The translations under genes were made by a program, and so were the position numbers. A stretch of 64,000 bases of DNA, taken from NCBI GenBank assembly GCA_043799405.1, contig JAZDNT010000002.1, positions 107,320-171,319 on the forward strand, written 5' to 3'. Of the stretch, positions 36,026 to 46,622 are shown one piece after another. Under the pieces are notes generated by a model. It had not been told where the DNA came from and searched no databases. It worked only from the letters and a program-made list of their open reading frames with translations. Origin of the DNA: Candidatus Kerfeldbacteria bacterium. GTDB taxonomy: Bacteria > Patescibacteriota > Patescibacteriia > SBBC01. Positions within the stretch are counted from its first letter, which is position 1. Every line of letters starts with the position of its first letter.

Positions 36026-37816
36026 ATGGCATTAGCAACCGCAATAAAGAAACCGGTTCAGCTGCCGCAGCGCATTTCAGTCAAGGCGCTTGCGGAACGG
36101 TTGTCGTTGCCGCTGACGCAAGTGATGACAGAGCTCGTAAAGAACGGCGTCATGGCAGCGATGAACGAAGAGATCGATTTCGATACAGCCGCGATCGTTG
36201 CAGACGACCTCGGGTTCACCGCTGAACTTGAAAAACAGACCGTCGTTGAAAGCGCTAGCAGGCAGAGCTTAAGCGAACTCATAAAAGAAACCGATGAATC
36301 AAAGCTCGTCGAGCGTTCCCCGGTCGTCGTCGTCATGGGACACGTAGATCACGGCAAGACGAAGCTCCTCGACGCGATCCGAAAAACGAACGTCACCGCT
36401 TCCGAGGCAGGCGGGATCACGCAGCACATCGGAGCGTACCAGGTCGTAGAGAAGGGGCAAACGGTCACGTTCATTGATACCCCGGGACACGAGGCGTTCA
36501 CGGCCATGCGATCGAGGGGAGCCAGGGTCGCGGATGTTGCGATCCTCGTTGTCGCGGCAGATGACGGCGTAAAGCCGCAGACCGAAGAAGCGATCCGCAT
36601 CATCAATGAGGCAAGGCTTCCGTTCGTCGTCGCGATTAATAAGGTGGATAAGCCAGAATCAAACCCTGCTCGCGTGAAACAGGAACTCGCTGCAAAGAAT
36701 GTCCTCGTAGAGGAATTTGGCGGGAAAACAGTGTGCGTTGAGGTGTCCGCAAAACAGGTACAGGGGATTAAGGACCTTCTCGATTCGGTACTCCTCGTCA
36801 CTCAAGTCGAAAAAGAGAACCTCAAGGCGAATCCTGACCGTCCAGCCATAGGAACCATCATCGAATCCCACGTCGATTCCGGGGAAGGTCCCGTTGCGAC
36901 AGTCCTCGTTCATACCGGTACGCTCAAGGTCGGAGATTTTGTAAGTACGGAGGATGCATGGGGACGTATCAAGGCGCTTCGCAACTACCGTGGCGACCTG
37001 ATCGACGAAGCAGGACCTTCCGTTCCAGCGAGAATTCTCGGCCTGAAGGGCGCTCCGAGCGTTGGAGATACCCTTAGGACACAGACAGATCCAAAAGTTA
37101 TTCGTGAACTGAAGTCAAAGAAGGTCGTAACGCGCCGAAGTCAATCTACCGAATCGGCGACCGTTGCGAAAAAGGAGGACGACGCAACGAAAGGGGTCCA
37201 AACCCTACCTCTCGTTATCAGGGCAGACACCCTCGGATCGCTCGAGGCAATCAAGGAGTCGCTCGCGAAACTCAGCCATCCAGAGGTGCGTGCAGAAATC
37301 GTTCAGGGCGGCCTCGGCAACATCACCGAAGCTGACGTTCTCCGAGCGGAAACGGCGCAGGCGAAACTCGTCGGTTTCAACGTTGTGTCGACGCCTGCCG
37401 CGGAATCTGTCGCGCGAGGGAAGAACATGACCATGACAACGTACGATGTGATCTACGATCTCGTTGATGCTGTTCGCGCTGCACTTGAAAAAATGCTTAA
37501 GCCAGAGATCATCGAGACCGAGCTCGGGAAGGTGAAGATCCTTGCAGTGTTCCGGACCGAATCGAAGAGTCAGATCATCGGCGGGAAAGTTATCTCAGGG
37601 AAGATCATCGCACGTTCGTTGCTCCGCGTGACGAGGGGAGAGCAGGCCGTTGCAGAAGGGAAGCTTACGCAGCTCCAGAGCCAGAAGAGCAACGTCGCTG
37701 AGGTGATAACGGGCCACGAGTGCGGGATGAAGTTCGAGGGCCCCCCGGTTGTTCAGATTGATGACGTGGTAACCGCATTTTCCCGCGAGATTAAGGCGCG
37801 GCATATCGGGGGCTAG
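36026..37816 (+). CDS. infB: translation initiation factor IF-2
   Basis: GTPase motifs GHVDHGKT, DTPGH, NKVD. 596 aa with the conserved C-terminal domains. Confidence 0.95.
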   Translation: MALATAIKKPVQLPQRISVKALAERLSLPLTQVMTELVKNGVMAAMNEEIDFDTAAIVADDLGFTAELEKQTVVESASRQSLSELIKETDESKLVERSPVVVVMGHVDHGKTKLLDAIRKTNVTASEAGGITQHIGAYQVVEKGQTVTFIDTPGHEAFTAMRSRGARVADVAILVVAADDGVKPQTEEAIRIINEARLPFVVAINKVDKPESNPARVKQELAAKNVLVEEFGGKTVCVEVSAKQVQGIKDLLDSVLLVTQVEKENLKANPDRPAIGTIIESHVDSGEGPVATVLVHTGTLKVGDFVSTEDAWGRIKALRNYRGDLIDEAGPSVPARILGLKGAPSVGDTLRTQTDPKVIRELKSKKVVTRRSQSTESATVAKKEDDATKGVQTLPLVIRADTLGSLEAIKESLAKLSHPEVRAEIVQGGLGNITEADVLRAETAQAKLVGFNVVSTPAAESVARGKNMTMTTYDVIYDLVDAVRAALEKMLKPEIIETELGKVKILAVFRTESKSQIIGGKVISGKIIARSLLRVTRGEQAVAEGKLTQLQSQKSNVAEVITGHECGMKFEGPPVVQIDDVVTAFSREIKARHIGG

Positions 37817-38164
37817 GTGCTCGGCGGCGATCGCATCGTACGGGTGAACGAACTCATCCAGCAAGAGCTGAGCGAGCTTATCCGTCGTGAGGTTGAGTTC
37901 GCTCCCGGCGTGCTCGTGACCATAACCTCGGTCCGGTCATCGCCCGATCACGAACATGCCAAGGTGTGGGTATCGGTACACCCTTCGTCATGTGCTGACG
38001 ACGTTTTTGCAATACTGTTGAAAGAGATAGGAAGGCTGCAGTATCTATTGAATAAACGATTAGTGATGAGCCCCCTGCCGAAAATCGCGTTTTTCCGCGA
38101 TACAAGCAGTGACCGCGCCCAACACCTCGAGCATCTCCTTGACACAATCAACGACAGGGGATAG
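37817..38164 (+). CDS. rbfA: ribosome-binding factor A
   Basis: Immediately follows infB (classical synteny). RVNELIQQELSELIRREV... GTG start. Confidence 0.85.
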   Translation: MLGGDRIVRVNELIQQELSELIRREVEFAPGVLVTITSVRSSPDHEHAKVWVSVHPSSCADDVFAILLKEIGRLQYLLNKRLVMSPLPKIAFFRDTSSDRAQHLEHLLDTINDRG

Positions 38165-38178
38165 GGTGGTTGGTTGCT

Positions 38179-39201
38179 ATGGGAAAGGCTCTACCGCAGC
38201 GCTATGCGCAGCTGCATGATACAATCCGAAAATCGAACGCTGTCCTGATCGCAACGCACGAGCAAGCGGATGGCGACGCAATGGGTTCTCTCATCGCTTT
38301 GGCAGAGAGCATACCGAAGAAGCCAGACGTGCGCGTTGTCATGCTCGCGCCGAAATCTTCCGTTGCCCAGTACTCATTTCTTGATCGCTCGGAAAAAGTG
38401 CTGACTGATGCGGGTCCGATCAGGGCTGATGAATTCGATTGCATCGTACTGCTTGACTGCGGGAATGTTCACCGGACGCACGTAGCTCAGAAATTGTACT
38501 TTCTAGAAGCGCATCGTCCCACCGTAGCTCTCATCGATCACCATCCTGTAGAGATATATGCTGACGGACGGACCATCGTCGACATTGAGATGGTAAGAAC
38601 GGGCGCGTCGTCGACCTGTGAGCTCGTGTATGAATACCTGATGCACAACGGTATACCGATCACGCCGCTGATCGCTAACGCGCTCCTTACAGGAATCGTA
38701 ACGGATACGGGAGGATTTCAGAATCACGGGACGACGTATGAATCAATGGAGATCGCAGGCGAGCTCTTAAAGCGAGGAGCAAATCTGCGCAGGATAGTAC
38801 GGGGTACGATGCGCAACAAGTCCGTTAGCGTCCTGCGTCTCTGGGGTAGGGCGTTGTCGCGCCTCGAGTACGATCCAACGACGCGGATCGTCAGCACCGC
38901 GTTGCGGACCGCTGATTTTGAAGAGTGCGGAGTCGCAAAGGACGGCGTAGAAGGAATTGCGAACTTTTTAAACGGCCTCGCAGACAGCGATGTTGTATTG
39001 GTGCTCCGTGAGGAAGCAGGGGGTTTCGTAAAAGGCAGCTATCGGACGAAAAAATCCGATGTCGATGTCGCTGTCCTTGCCAGGCGTTTCGGCGGAGGCG
39101 GACACGTGAAAGCGGCCGGGTTCACGGTCAGGGGTTCGATCGAACGGCATGAAAATGGCTGGGTAGTGCAGCCATTGGGTAGTGAAGAAAAACGGAAATA
39201 G
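38179..39201 (+). CDS. DHH-family phosphoesterase (NrnA-like)
   Basis: HEQADGDAMGS, DCG, DHHP and GGGGH motifs of DHH/DHHA1 proteins. Confidence 0.8.
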   Translation: MGKALPQRYAQLHDTIRKSNAVLIATHEQADGDAMGSLIALAESIPKKPDVRVVMLAPKSSVAQYSFLDRSEKVLTDAGPIRADEFDCIVLLDCGNVHRTHVAQKLYFLEAHRPTVALIDHHPVEIYADGRTIVDIEMVRTGASSTCELVYEYLMHNGIPITPLIANALLTGIVTDTGGFQNHGTTYESMEIAGELLKRGANLRRIVRGTMRNKSVSVLRLWGRALSRLEYDPTTRIVSTALRTADFEECGVAKDGVEGIANFLNGLADSDVVLVLREEAGGFVKGSYRTKKSDVDVAVLARRFGGGGHVKAAGFTVRGSIERHENGWVVQPLGSEEKRK

Positions 39202-39206
39202 AGCGC

Positions 39207-39821
39207 TTAGAACGTAAAGGAGAGCGCCAGTGCCGTGACGAGCGGGATCATGAAGTTATCGTTTACGGTAAAACTGAACGAAAACATTTCTGCAATAGTT
39301 GTTGCTGCTGCGCCGATGAATGCCGCAGCGAGAATGTCCCCGCCAGTGCCCATGAGACGGAAAAAGATCACGTACGCAATGAAGCTTACAATGAGACATC
39401 CGAACGTCCCTGCGAGCGATTTTTCATCATCGAAGAACTTCTTTGATGGGATGAGGCGCCCACATACCTCTGCAGCGGGGTCACCGAATGTCCAGCCCAC
39501 AAGAGAAGCGGAGAGCAGAAGTGGATCTTTGAACAGGAGGCCGAGGATCGACGCACTGAACGCGAACCACGTATTCCCGACGTACGTCCGGCGCTCATGG
39601 TGCCGGATGAACGGCGCGGAGAGCGTGAAGAACAGCTTGCCGAACCATGGCTCGCGGCGGCGAGCTGCTTCTATTGATGTCCATAAGAGCAGCGTTGCGA
39701 ACGCGACGTAGAACGGGTACGGCCACGGTAGGTACACGGCAACGCTGATCGCGAAGCAGCCACCGACGATGTGCCAGAGTTTCCGTGTCCAGTTGATCCG
39801 TGCTAACGCATGCATACTCAT
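39207..39821 (-). CDS. polyprenol/diacylglycerol kinase family membrane protein (CTP-dependent, SEC59/VTE5-like)
   Basis: Multi-TM protein with GDPAAEVCGRLIPSKKFFDDEKSLAGTFGC motif. Start uncertain (the ORF extends to 39926). Confidence 0.5.
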   Translation of the reverse strand: MSMHALARINWTRKLWHIVGGCFAISVAVYLPWPYPFYVAFATLLLWTSIEAARRREPWFGKLFFTLSAPFIRHHERRTYVGNTWFAFSASILGLLFKDPLLLSASLVGWTFGDPAAEVCGRLIPSKKFFDDEKSLAGTFGCLIVSFIAYVIFFRLMGTGGDILAAAFIGAAATTIAEMFSFSFTVNDNFMIPLVTALALSFTF

Positions 39822-39899
39822 AACCACAGTGTACCTGATTTCTTCTAATAGTACACGGAACTTGATAGAATTGTGGCTGTGGCTTATACTGTTGCTGCT

Positions 39900-40505
39900 A
39901 TGGTACATAAACCCACCACCGACCAAACCCTCATCCCGATGGTCGTCGAGAAGACGAGCTACGGCGAACGCGCGTACGATATCTACTCGCGCCTGCTAAA
40001 GGACCGCGTCGTATTCCTCGGGGACGTCATTCACGACCATCTCGCGAATATCGTCATTGCGCAGCTTCTCTTCCTTGAGAGCGAGGACAAGGAGAAAGAC
40101 ATCAAGCTGTATATCAATACGCCCGGCGGTTCCGTTACGGCTGGACTTGCGATCTACGATACTATGCAGTACGTAAAGCCGGACATTCAGACGATCTGTA
40201 TCGGGACAGCGGCATCGATGGGCGCGGTTCTGCTTGCCGCCGGTACGAAGGGTAAGCGGTTCACGCTTCCGAACAGCGATATCCTGCTCCACCAGGTCAT
40301 GGGCGGGGCGGAAGGGCAGGCGGCCGACATCAAGATCCGGGCTGAACACATTCTCAAGATCCGTGACCGGTTGAACGGTATCCTTGCGAAGCACACCGGG
40401 CAGACGCTGAAGACCATCGAGCACGATACTGACCGCGATAACTTCATGTCAGCCGAGGAAGCGCGGAAGTACGGAATTGTCGATAAGATAATCGTAAAAG
40501 GATAG
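39900..40505 (+). CDS. clpP: ATP-dependent Clp protease proteolytic subunit
   Basis: [41 protein letters not shown] (catalytic Ser), LLHQVMGG (catalytic His). Confidence 0.95.
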   Translation: MVHKPTTDQTLIPMVVEKTSYGERAYDIYSRLLKDRVVFLGDVIHDHLANIVIAQLLFLESEDKEKDIKLYINTPGGSVTAGLAIYDTMQYVKPDIQTICIGTAASMGAVLLAAGTKGKRFTLPNSDILLHQVMGGAEGQAADIKIRAEHILKIRDRLNGILAKHTGQTLKTIEHDTDRDNFMSAEEARKYGIVDKIIVKG

Positions 40506-40634
40506 CACGCGTAATACGTTAGCGGGCTACTGAACAGCCCCTCGCTTGCGCAGTCGTCCGCTTTGTGTTATCGTGAAATCCTGCATTTTGCAGATCTCTT
40601 ATGCAACTAGCGCACACAGTGCACGTGAACTACT

Positions 40635-42161
40635 ATGGCAACATCAATTTGGATTATCCTTGCCGCAGTCGGCATACCCGGCGCGGCAATTGCGGGCTAC
40701 TTTCTTCGGAGGTCGTGGGCGACACACGAAGCGCAGTCCGTTGAAGCAAAAGCGCAAGCCCTCATAGCCGAGGCGCGCGCAAAACAGAAGAGCATACTCC
40801 TTGAAGCCCAGGAAAAGGCGCTCAAGGTTCTTGAGGATGCGAAACGCGACGACGAACAGCGCCGCCGCGAGATCCGGCAGGAACGCCAGCGACTCGAACA
40901 GCGCGAGTCGAAGTTCGACGAGAAGCTCCTCGAGCTCGAACGGCGCCAGGACGAACTCACAAAAAAGACCCAGCGGAACGATGAGATAAAAAAAGAGCTC
41001 GAGCGCATCCGTGAGGATCAGTTCCAGAAGCTCGAGAGGATCGGGGAGCTTACGCGGGATCAGGCTAAGCGTGTGCTTCTTGACAATACCGAGCACTCGA
41101 TGAAAGAGGAGCTCGTCTCGCGGATAAAGAAACTGCAGCAGACGAGCCAGGAGGAGCTCGAAAAGGAAGCGCGCGATCTCCTCTCCGTCGTACTGCAGCG
41201 CGTCGCGGCAAGCCATGCCGCAGAAACGACGACGACCGTGGTGCCGTTGCCTTCTGATGACCTGAAGGGGAGGATAATCGGCAAGGAAGGCCGTAACATC
41301 AAGACCATTGAACAGCTGACCGGCGTAGAGATCATCGTCGATGATACGCCGGAATCGATCGTCATATCAGGTTTTAATCCTATACGCCGGCACATCGCGA
41401 AACGCGCGCTCGAGAAGCTCATCGCAGACGGCCGCATTCATCCAGGCAGGATCGAAGAGGCGGTCGAAGCGGCGAAGAAGGATATGGCCGTCGACATTAA
41501 GAAAGCCGGTGAAGAGGCGGTCCATGAGGTCGGCGTCGCCGGCATTGATCCGAGGCTCGTGCAGATCCTCGGTCGGCTCAAGTACCGAACGAGCTACGGA
41601 CAGAACGTGCTACGGCACTCGATCGAGGTCGGCATACTATCCGGCATACTCGCGGCAGAGCTCGGAGCTAACGTTGCGGTCGCAAAGAAGGGCGGCTTAC
41701 TGCACGACATCGGAAAAGCCATCGATCATGAAGTTCAGGGAACGCATACCCAGCTCGGGTACGACATCATGAAGAAGTTCAACCTCCCGGAAGAGGTCGC
41801 CTACATCTCGATCGCGCACCACGAGGACACGCCGCGTACGCTCGAGGGGGTCATCGTGAAGGTCGCTGACGCGATGAGCGGCTCTCGGCCGGGCGCACGA
41901 AAAGACACGTACGAGCAGTACGTACAGCGCCTGGAAGAGCTCGAAGGCATTGCAAAGAACTTCGAGGGTGTCGAGAAATGTTACGCGATCCAGGCCGGTC
42001 GCGAGGTACGCGTCTTCGTGTTCCCCGAAAAGATCGATGACCTTGCCGCAGTGAAGCTCGCCCGGGACATCGCGAACCAGATCGAATCGCAACTGCAGTA
42101 CCCCGGTGAGATCAAGGTGACGCTCATCAGGGAAAAGCGGGTCATCGAGTACGCCAGGTAG
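40635..42161 (+). CDS. rny: ribonuclease Y
   Basis: N-terminal TM helix, long Glu/Lys/Arg coiled coil, KH domain (GRIIGKEGRNIK), HD domain (LLHDIGK...HH). Confidence 0.95.
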   Translation: MATSIWIILAAVGIPGAAIAGYFLRRSWATHEAQSVEAKAQALIAEARAKQKSILLEAQEKALKVLEDAKRDDEQRRREIRQERQRLEQRESKFDEKLLELERRQDELTKKTQRNDEIKKELERIREDQFQKLERIGELTRDQAKRVLLDNTEHSMKEELVSRIKKLQQTSQEELEKEARDLLSVVLQRVAASHAAETTTTVVPLPSDDLKGRIIGKEGRNIKTIEQLTGVEIIVDDTPESIVISGFNPIRRHIAKRALEKLIADGRIHPGRIEEAVEAAKKDMAVDIKKAGEEAVHEVGVAGIDPRLVQILGRLKYRTSYGQNVLRHSIEVGILSGILAAELGANVAVAKKGGLLHDIGKAIDHEVQGTHTQLGYDIMKKFNLPEEVAYISIAHHEDTPRTLEGVIVKVADAMSGSRPGARKDTYEQYVQRLEELEGIAKNFEGVEKCYAIQAGREVRVFVFPEKIDDLAAVKLARDIANQIESQLQYPGEIKVTLIREKRVIEYAR

Positions 42162-42307
42162 CGCCCGCGGGCAGTTCATACGCACCGTCGCCTCGAGCGA
42201 AGCGAGAGGTCCCGATGTCGCGGGACTCCTCGTTGCACTCGGAGTGACGGTATACATACGAAGCGCGGGCGCTTTTCCAGACGGCGTGATTGCCGTATAC
42301 TGAATCT

Positions 42308-43138
42308 ATGGTACGGAAACCGAATAACGCGAACAGGGCGCTGATCGTGCTGTACATCGGCGACGTCGTTGGAAGGATCGGTCGTCGCTGTGTTGCAAAG
42401 GTGCTTCCGGAGCTCATTGAAGAGTACCGTCCCGATCTTGTCGTTGCGAACGCCGAGAATCTCGCGCACGGTAAGGGAGTGACGAAAGACACGTTTAAGG
42501 AACTCCTTGATGCCGGGGTCACCTTCTGTACGAGCGGCAACCACATTTTCTCGAAGGAAGAAGCTCTCGGTATGCTCGATGAGAAGAAAACACCCCTCAT
42601 TCGTCCGGCCAACTATCCTCCAGGAACTCCCGGCAAGGGGAGCGTCATCATTGAAGTCGGGACTCGGAAGGTGCTTCTTGTGAACCTGCAGGGACGCGTA
42701 TTCATGAAAGAAGGCGCTGACGATCCGTTCAGGGCGTTCGATAGCATATACTCCTCGTATGAGGACAAAAAACTATCCGCCATCATTGTCGATTTCCACG
42801 CAGAGGCGACCAGCGAGAAAGTCGCGTTCGGATGGTACGTTGAGGGACGGGCGAGCGCGGTTGTCGGAACCCATACGCACGTCGCAACAGCAGACGAGTG
42901 GATCCTTCCCGGCGGTACGGCGTACGTCACTGATCTTGGTATGTGCGGCGGCCGCGATACGGTCATCGGTCGCTCAAAAGAAGAGGTTCTCCATAAGTTC
43001 CAGTCCCTCGTCGGTACGAAGTTCGAACTTCCGGAAGAAGGGCATTGCCGTTTCAACAGTGTGCTGATTGAGATCGATCCCGCGACCGGTAAGGCAACCG
43101 ATATCGAACGGATCGACCGGGAGGTTGAAATTCTTTAG
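42308..43138 (+). CDS. ymdB: YmdB-like metallophosphoesterase (2',3'-cyclic-nucleotide phosphodiesterase family)
   Basis: LYIGDVVGRIGRR...VVANAENLAHGKG, GNH, conserved His residues. rny-ymdB synteny. Confidence 0.85.
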   Translation: MVRKPNNANRALIVLYIGDVVGRIGRRCVAKVLPELIEEYRPDLVVANAENLAHGKGVTKDTFKELLDAGVTFCTSGNHIFSKEEALGMLDEKKTPLIRPANYPPGTPGKGSVIIEVGTRKVLLVNLQGRVFMKEGADDPFRAFDSIYSSYEDKKLSAIIVDFHAEATSEKVAFGWYVEGRASAVVGTHTHVATADEWILPGGTAYVTDLGMCGGRDTVIGRSKEEVLHKFQSLVGTKFELPEEGHCRFNSVLIEIDPATGKATDIERIDREVEIL

Positions 43139-43182
43139 CCCCTGGCGTACACTGGGGGCGCAGACGAAAGGAGGTGAGCACG

Positions 43183-43464
43183 ATGAACAAAGCAGAACTC
43201 ATCGATACCCTATCCGCGAAGGTGGGCCTCGCTAAGAAGCAGGTCGAAGATCTTCTCGATGCTTTTGAGAACACGGTCATAACGACCCTAAAAACCGGCG
43301 GTGAGGTTACGCTCACCGGATTCGGTACGTTCATGTCGAAGCGGCGCGAAGCCCGCATGGGCGTCAATCCGCAGAACCCGACGGAGAAGATTCAGGTACC
43401 GGCGGTCACTGTTCCGAAGTTCAAGGCAGGAAAGACCCTGAAGGATTCGTTGAAGAATCCTTAA
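43183..43464 (+). CDS. hup: DNA-binding protein HU
   Basis: MNKAELIDTLSAK...GFGTF...RMGVNPQNPTEKIQVPA. AAAGGAGGTG SD. Confidence 0.95.
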   Translation: MNKAELIDTLSAKVGLAKKQVEDLLDAFENTVITTLKTGGEVTLTGFGTFMSKRREARMGVNPQNPTEKIQVPAVTVPKFKAGKTLKDSLKNP

Positions 43465-43676
43465 GCTTGGATCGGGTATAATAATTCATTAGGGCTTGAC
43501 AAAGGTGGGCATCAATGATACCATTCTTTGTTTGTCGTTCGTTCAATGGTGAACGGTTTCGAGAGGTGGATCGTGTCGATATTTAATTTACTGTCGGCAG
43601 CATTCACCTCTCGAGGCGCGGGGTGGAAAGTTACGTCGGCGCCTAGGTCGCAACGGAATTCCGAAGGAGGGACCCC

Positions 43677-44114
43677 ATGTTCCGGAACAAGAGCGGTTTC
43701 ACCGTAGTCGAGACGCTGATCGTGATCGTCATCATCGGCATCCTCGCGGCAATCGCGATCCCCAACTTCATCGCGATGGACATTCGTTCCAAGGAAGGCC
43801 GCACCAAGGCCACGATGCACGACGTACAGCTCGTGTGCGAGGACTACGGCGTGCAGCACGACGGGGTCTACTCCACAAACCCCGACATCATCCTGCGGCA
43901 GATGATGAGCTGGAATCGCATCCCGACGAACGCCTTCACCGGCAAGCCGCTGGAGATCCTGGAGTTCAAGAGCAAGCCCACCGCCACGAACCTGCCGCCG
44001 GGCGATATCGTGCTCTACACGCCTGATGGCTGCGTGAAGGGGGAGTCGTATTGCGTCCAGGGGGTCATGCATGACGGCAGCCTGTCGTCGCTGATCCTGA
44101 CCGCCGGCCAGTAG
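43677..44114 (+). CDS. type IV pilin-like protein (prepilin with class III signal peptide)
   Basis: MFRNKSG|FTVVETLIVIVIIGILAAIAIPNF has a canonical G/F cleavage site and Glu5. GAAGGAGGGA SD. Locally GC-richer than flanking genes. Confidence 0.85.
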   Translation: MFRNKSGFTVVETLIVIVIIGILAAIAIPNFIAMDIRSKEGRTKATMHDVQLVCEDYGVQHDGVYSTNPDIILRQMMSWNRIPTNAFTGKPLEILEFKSKPTATNLPPGDIVLYTPDGCVKGESYCVQGVMHDGSLSSLILTAGQ

Positions 44115-44248
44115 CCAGCGCAGACCCGCTCTGTTCACTGTCGCGCTCAGCGCGACCGCCCAGAAACCGGCGTCCGGTTTCAAGGGGATCCCATTCTCGT
44201 CACGCGAGAACAGTCGGGATCCTTATTGTTTTATGCTAGAGTACCTGT

Positions 44249-45406
44249 ATGCAGAAGATCATCAACATCTCTTCGTTTTCACGGTCGCGGCTGAACCAGG
44301 ATCCGGTCAAGGGTAGTTTCTACGGCTGGCATAGCCAGTTCGCGCGCCACATTTCCGGGCACTGTAAAGCCGTAGTAGAGTCGTGGTCTATCGACGCTGC
44401 TTTGTCAAAACAGCAGGCGTATGAACGTGAGGGTGTAACGTATCGATTGTTCCCGTCCGGTTTTTTCCTATCGCCCGGGCGTGAAATTTCGACAGCGCTT
44501 CTGAAAGCTTTAAGGCAGGAAGCGCGCGACCACGAGATCATTGTCCATCTGCACGACTACCACAACTGGCAGTCGTATGCGATCGCGCTGACTATAAAAG
44601 CACCTGTTGTTGCGCACTACCACGGCGCAACGCGAAGACCAATTGAAAACCTTCGGTTCCCGAGGCGATGGCTATTCGCTCCGCTGTTCCTTATAGAGCA
44701 GCTGTTTGAGAACAGGGCTGTACGGCGCATCCGCCACTTCTTCCTTGCAAACACAAGGAGCAAAGACTACTTCGAGCGGCGGTCGCTTCCATATTCGTTC
44801 TGCCCGATGGCTCCGGAGCTTGACGTCTTTTCAGTGATGGATAAGGGTGAGGCGCGGCAGGTGGTCGGTGAACGTGAAAACAAAAAGATTGTGTTGCACG
44901 TTGGAGGATTTGCGCCGGTGAAGAATCTCGAGCTACTGATCACCGCGTTCGATCAAGTGAAGAAATTTGTCCCGTCGGTTCTGTACATCGTTGGACCAAC
45001 GTACCAGCCGATGTACAAGAGCGCGATCAAGCGCCAGATCGCTACGTTGGGACTGAACGAGAGTGTGAAAATTGTCGGTATGGTACCGAGGAAACAGATG
45101 AATGCTTACTACAACGCAGCAGACGTTCTCGCTGTAACGTCAAAGGCAGAAGAAGGGGGTCCGACAGCGACGCTCGAAGCGCTCGCAGTCGGATTGCCGG
45201 TCGTCTCGGTGCCTGCCGGATTCGCTCGGGATATTCAGCCGAGATCAGGCGGACTCCTGTCGATCGTTGAGGACGCTTCTCAATACGCGCTCTCGCTCCA
45301 AAAGGAACTATCATTAGTTAAGGACGAACGAAAGCCAATACAGGCGTGGACGTGGGATGATGTTTTGAAAATTGTCGGACCGGCGTACAGTCACCTGTTC
45401 GAGTAA
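44249..45406 (+). CDS. glycosyltransferase family 4
   Basis: C-terminal GT-B motif ...SKAEEGGPTATLEALAVGLPVVS. Confidence 0.8.
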   Translation: MQKIINISSFSRSRLNQDPVKGSFYGWHSQFARHISGHCKAVVESWSIDAALSKQQAYEREGVTYRLFPSGFFLSPGREISTALLKALRQEARDHEIIVHLHDYHNWQSYAIALTIKAPVVAHYHGATRRPIENLRFPRRWLFAPLFLIEQLFENRAVRRIRHFFLANTRSKDYFERRSLPYSFCPMAPELDVFSVMDKGEARQVVGERENKKIVLHVGGFAPVKNLELLITAFDQVKKFVPSVLYIVGPTYQPMYKSAIKRQIATLGLNESVKIVGMVPRKQMNAYYNAADVLAVTSKAEEGGPTATLEALAVGLPVVSVPAGFARDIQPRSGGLLSIVEDASQYALSLQKELSLVKDERKPIQAWTWDDVLKIVGPAYSHLFE

Positions 45407-45605
45407 TAGCTCGCTGTTGCTTGACGGTTAACGCGATAGGTGGTTAAAGTACCACGTTGCTTGTCTCGAGTTTTCCGCTGTTAAGGCAAGCAAACAGGGC
45501 TGTTTGTCCCTGATCGTTCATCGACAACTCGAGTACGTGAAATGCGTCTCGGATTGTCTTTATGCAGTGGACCCATCCAACCCGCACAAAGGGTGGAGGT
45601 ACGTC

Positions 45606-46094
45606 ATGCAGGCCATTACCAAACGGATCGTTTCCGGATCAAGCATGACGCTGGGCTACCAGCTCTGCTTGGCGCTGCTGGTCGTTCTGGTCGTCATCGC
45701 CTCCGCAGAGGTCGCGGCCTTCGTCTCGATCCAAAAGGAGCTCAAGATCCATCGCGCCAATGAACCCACGCTTCGGATCGCGATGACGATTCACCGCTGG
45801 GCTGGGGAGTATCGGGAGGACGAAGGCGTCTACCCGACGCTCCAGCGGCTCCTTGCCTGTCCGGCATTGCAGGGGGGATCGGTCGAACGAATCGCTCTGA
45901 TGAAGGGCGAAGGGTGTATCCCCGCGTCGAACTCCGTCGTCTACCAGAAGCTCGACTGTGGTAAGCGCTTCGTCATCTATCCGATCGGCGTAATGGGGGA
46001 CACTTTGGCAACGTTGACGCGCGAGAGCAGCGTGAATAACATTGTCGGTTGCAACGCCTACTGCCACGCCGAGTTCCTGCCGAAGCGCGAGTAG
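45606..46094 (+). CDS. N-terminally anchored pseudopilin-like protein lacking a prepilin cleavage motif
   Basis: GGTGGAGG SD. TM helix LCLALLVVLVVIASAEV, then ...WAGEYREDEGVYPTLQRLL (GspG-like GxYP motif). Four Cys in the distal domain. Confidence 0.5.
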   Translation: MQAITKRIVSGSSMTLGYQLCLALLVVLVVIASAEVAAFVSIQKELKIHRANEPTLRIAMTIHRWAGEYREDEGVYPTLQRLLACPALQGGSVERIALMKGEGCIPASNSVVYQKLDCGKRFVIYPIGVMGDTLATLTRESSVNNIVGCNAYCHAEFLPKRE

Positions 46095-46186
46095 CCGCGT
46101 GAGAAGCAATGCGGTAATCGCGGGAAGAAGTGATCGTCGTACGAGACGAACCCACAATCCAGCCCCAACGGGCACGGAGGTGAATC

Positions 46187-46558
46187 GTGAGCGGTTCTGC
46201 ACATCCACAGGCCTGGCGTTTCCTGAAAGGCAAGTTGGGAGAAACCGTGGTCGACCAAATTCGGATTTGCGTGGTCGACATCTCGACTCTCGTCGGCAAG
46301 CTTGGTACCAACCGCGAAGGAGAAGTTCGCGCGGTGTTTTTGGTGAAGATCATGATCACCACAGGCCGGGAGACGGCGTTCAACCTGATCGAGGAGTACG
46401 CGTCGGCCCATGGCGGAAGCGTCCTCCGCTTCGGAGAGCCGGAAACGCACAGCATGAAGATCCGGTTCCCGATCGGAAGCGGAGACCCCGACGCAGCGCA
46501 GTTGATGTTCAAGGAACACGGTAGTGCGATCATCCACATTGTCCCTATGGAACGGTGA
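46187..46558 (+). CDS. hypothetical soluble protein (123 aa)
   Basis: GTG start with GGAGGTG SD. Balanced composition. No family recognised. Confidence 0.45.
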   Translation: MSGSAHPQAWRFLKGKLGETVVDQIRICVVDISTLVGKLGTNREGEVRAVFLVKIMITTGRETAFNLIEEYASAHGGSVLRFGEPETHSMKIRFPIGSGDPDAAQLMFKEHGSAIIHIVPMER

Positions 46559-46622
46559 TCCTGTCAGATAATGGCAAGGGATCAATCACAACGACCTACC
46601 CATGACAGGAGGTGCACACTAC

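Noticed and set aside
43512-44183. 223 aa minus-strand ORF, plus minus-strand ORFs 45639..46208, 45973..46539 and 46596..47330.
   Set aside because: They are antisense to the pilin and pilin-like genes, which have SD sequences and recognisable N-terminal helices. They are shadow ORFs of GC-richer patches.
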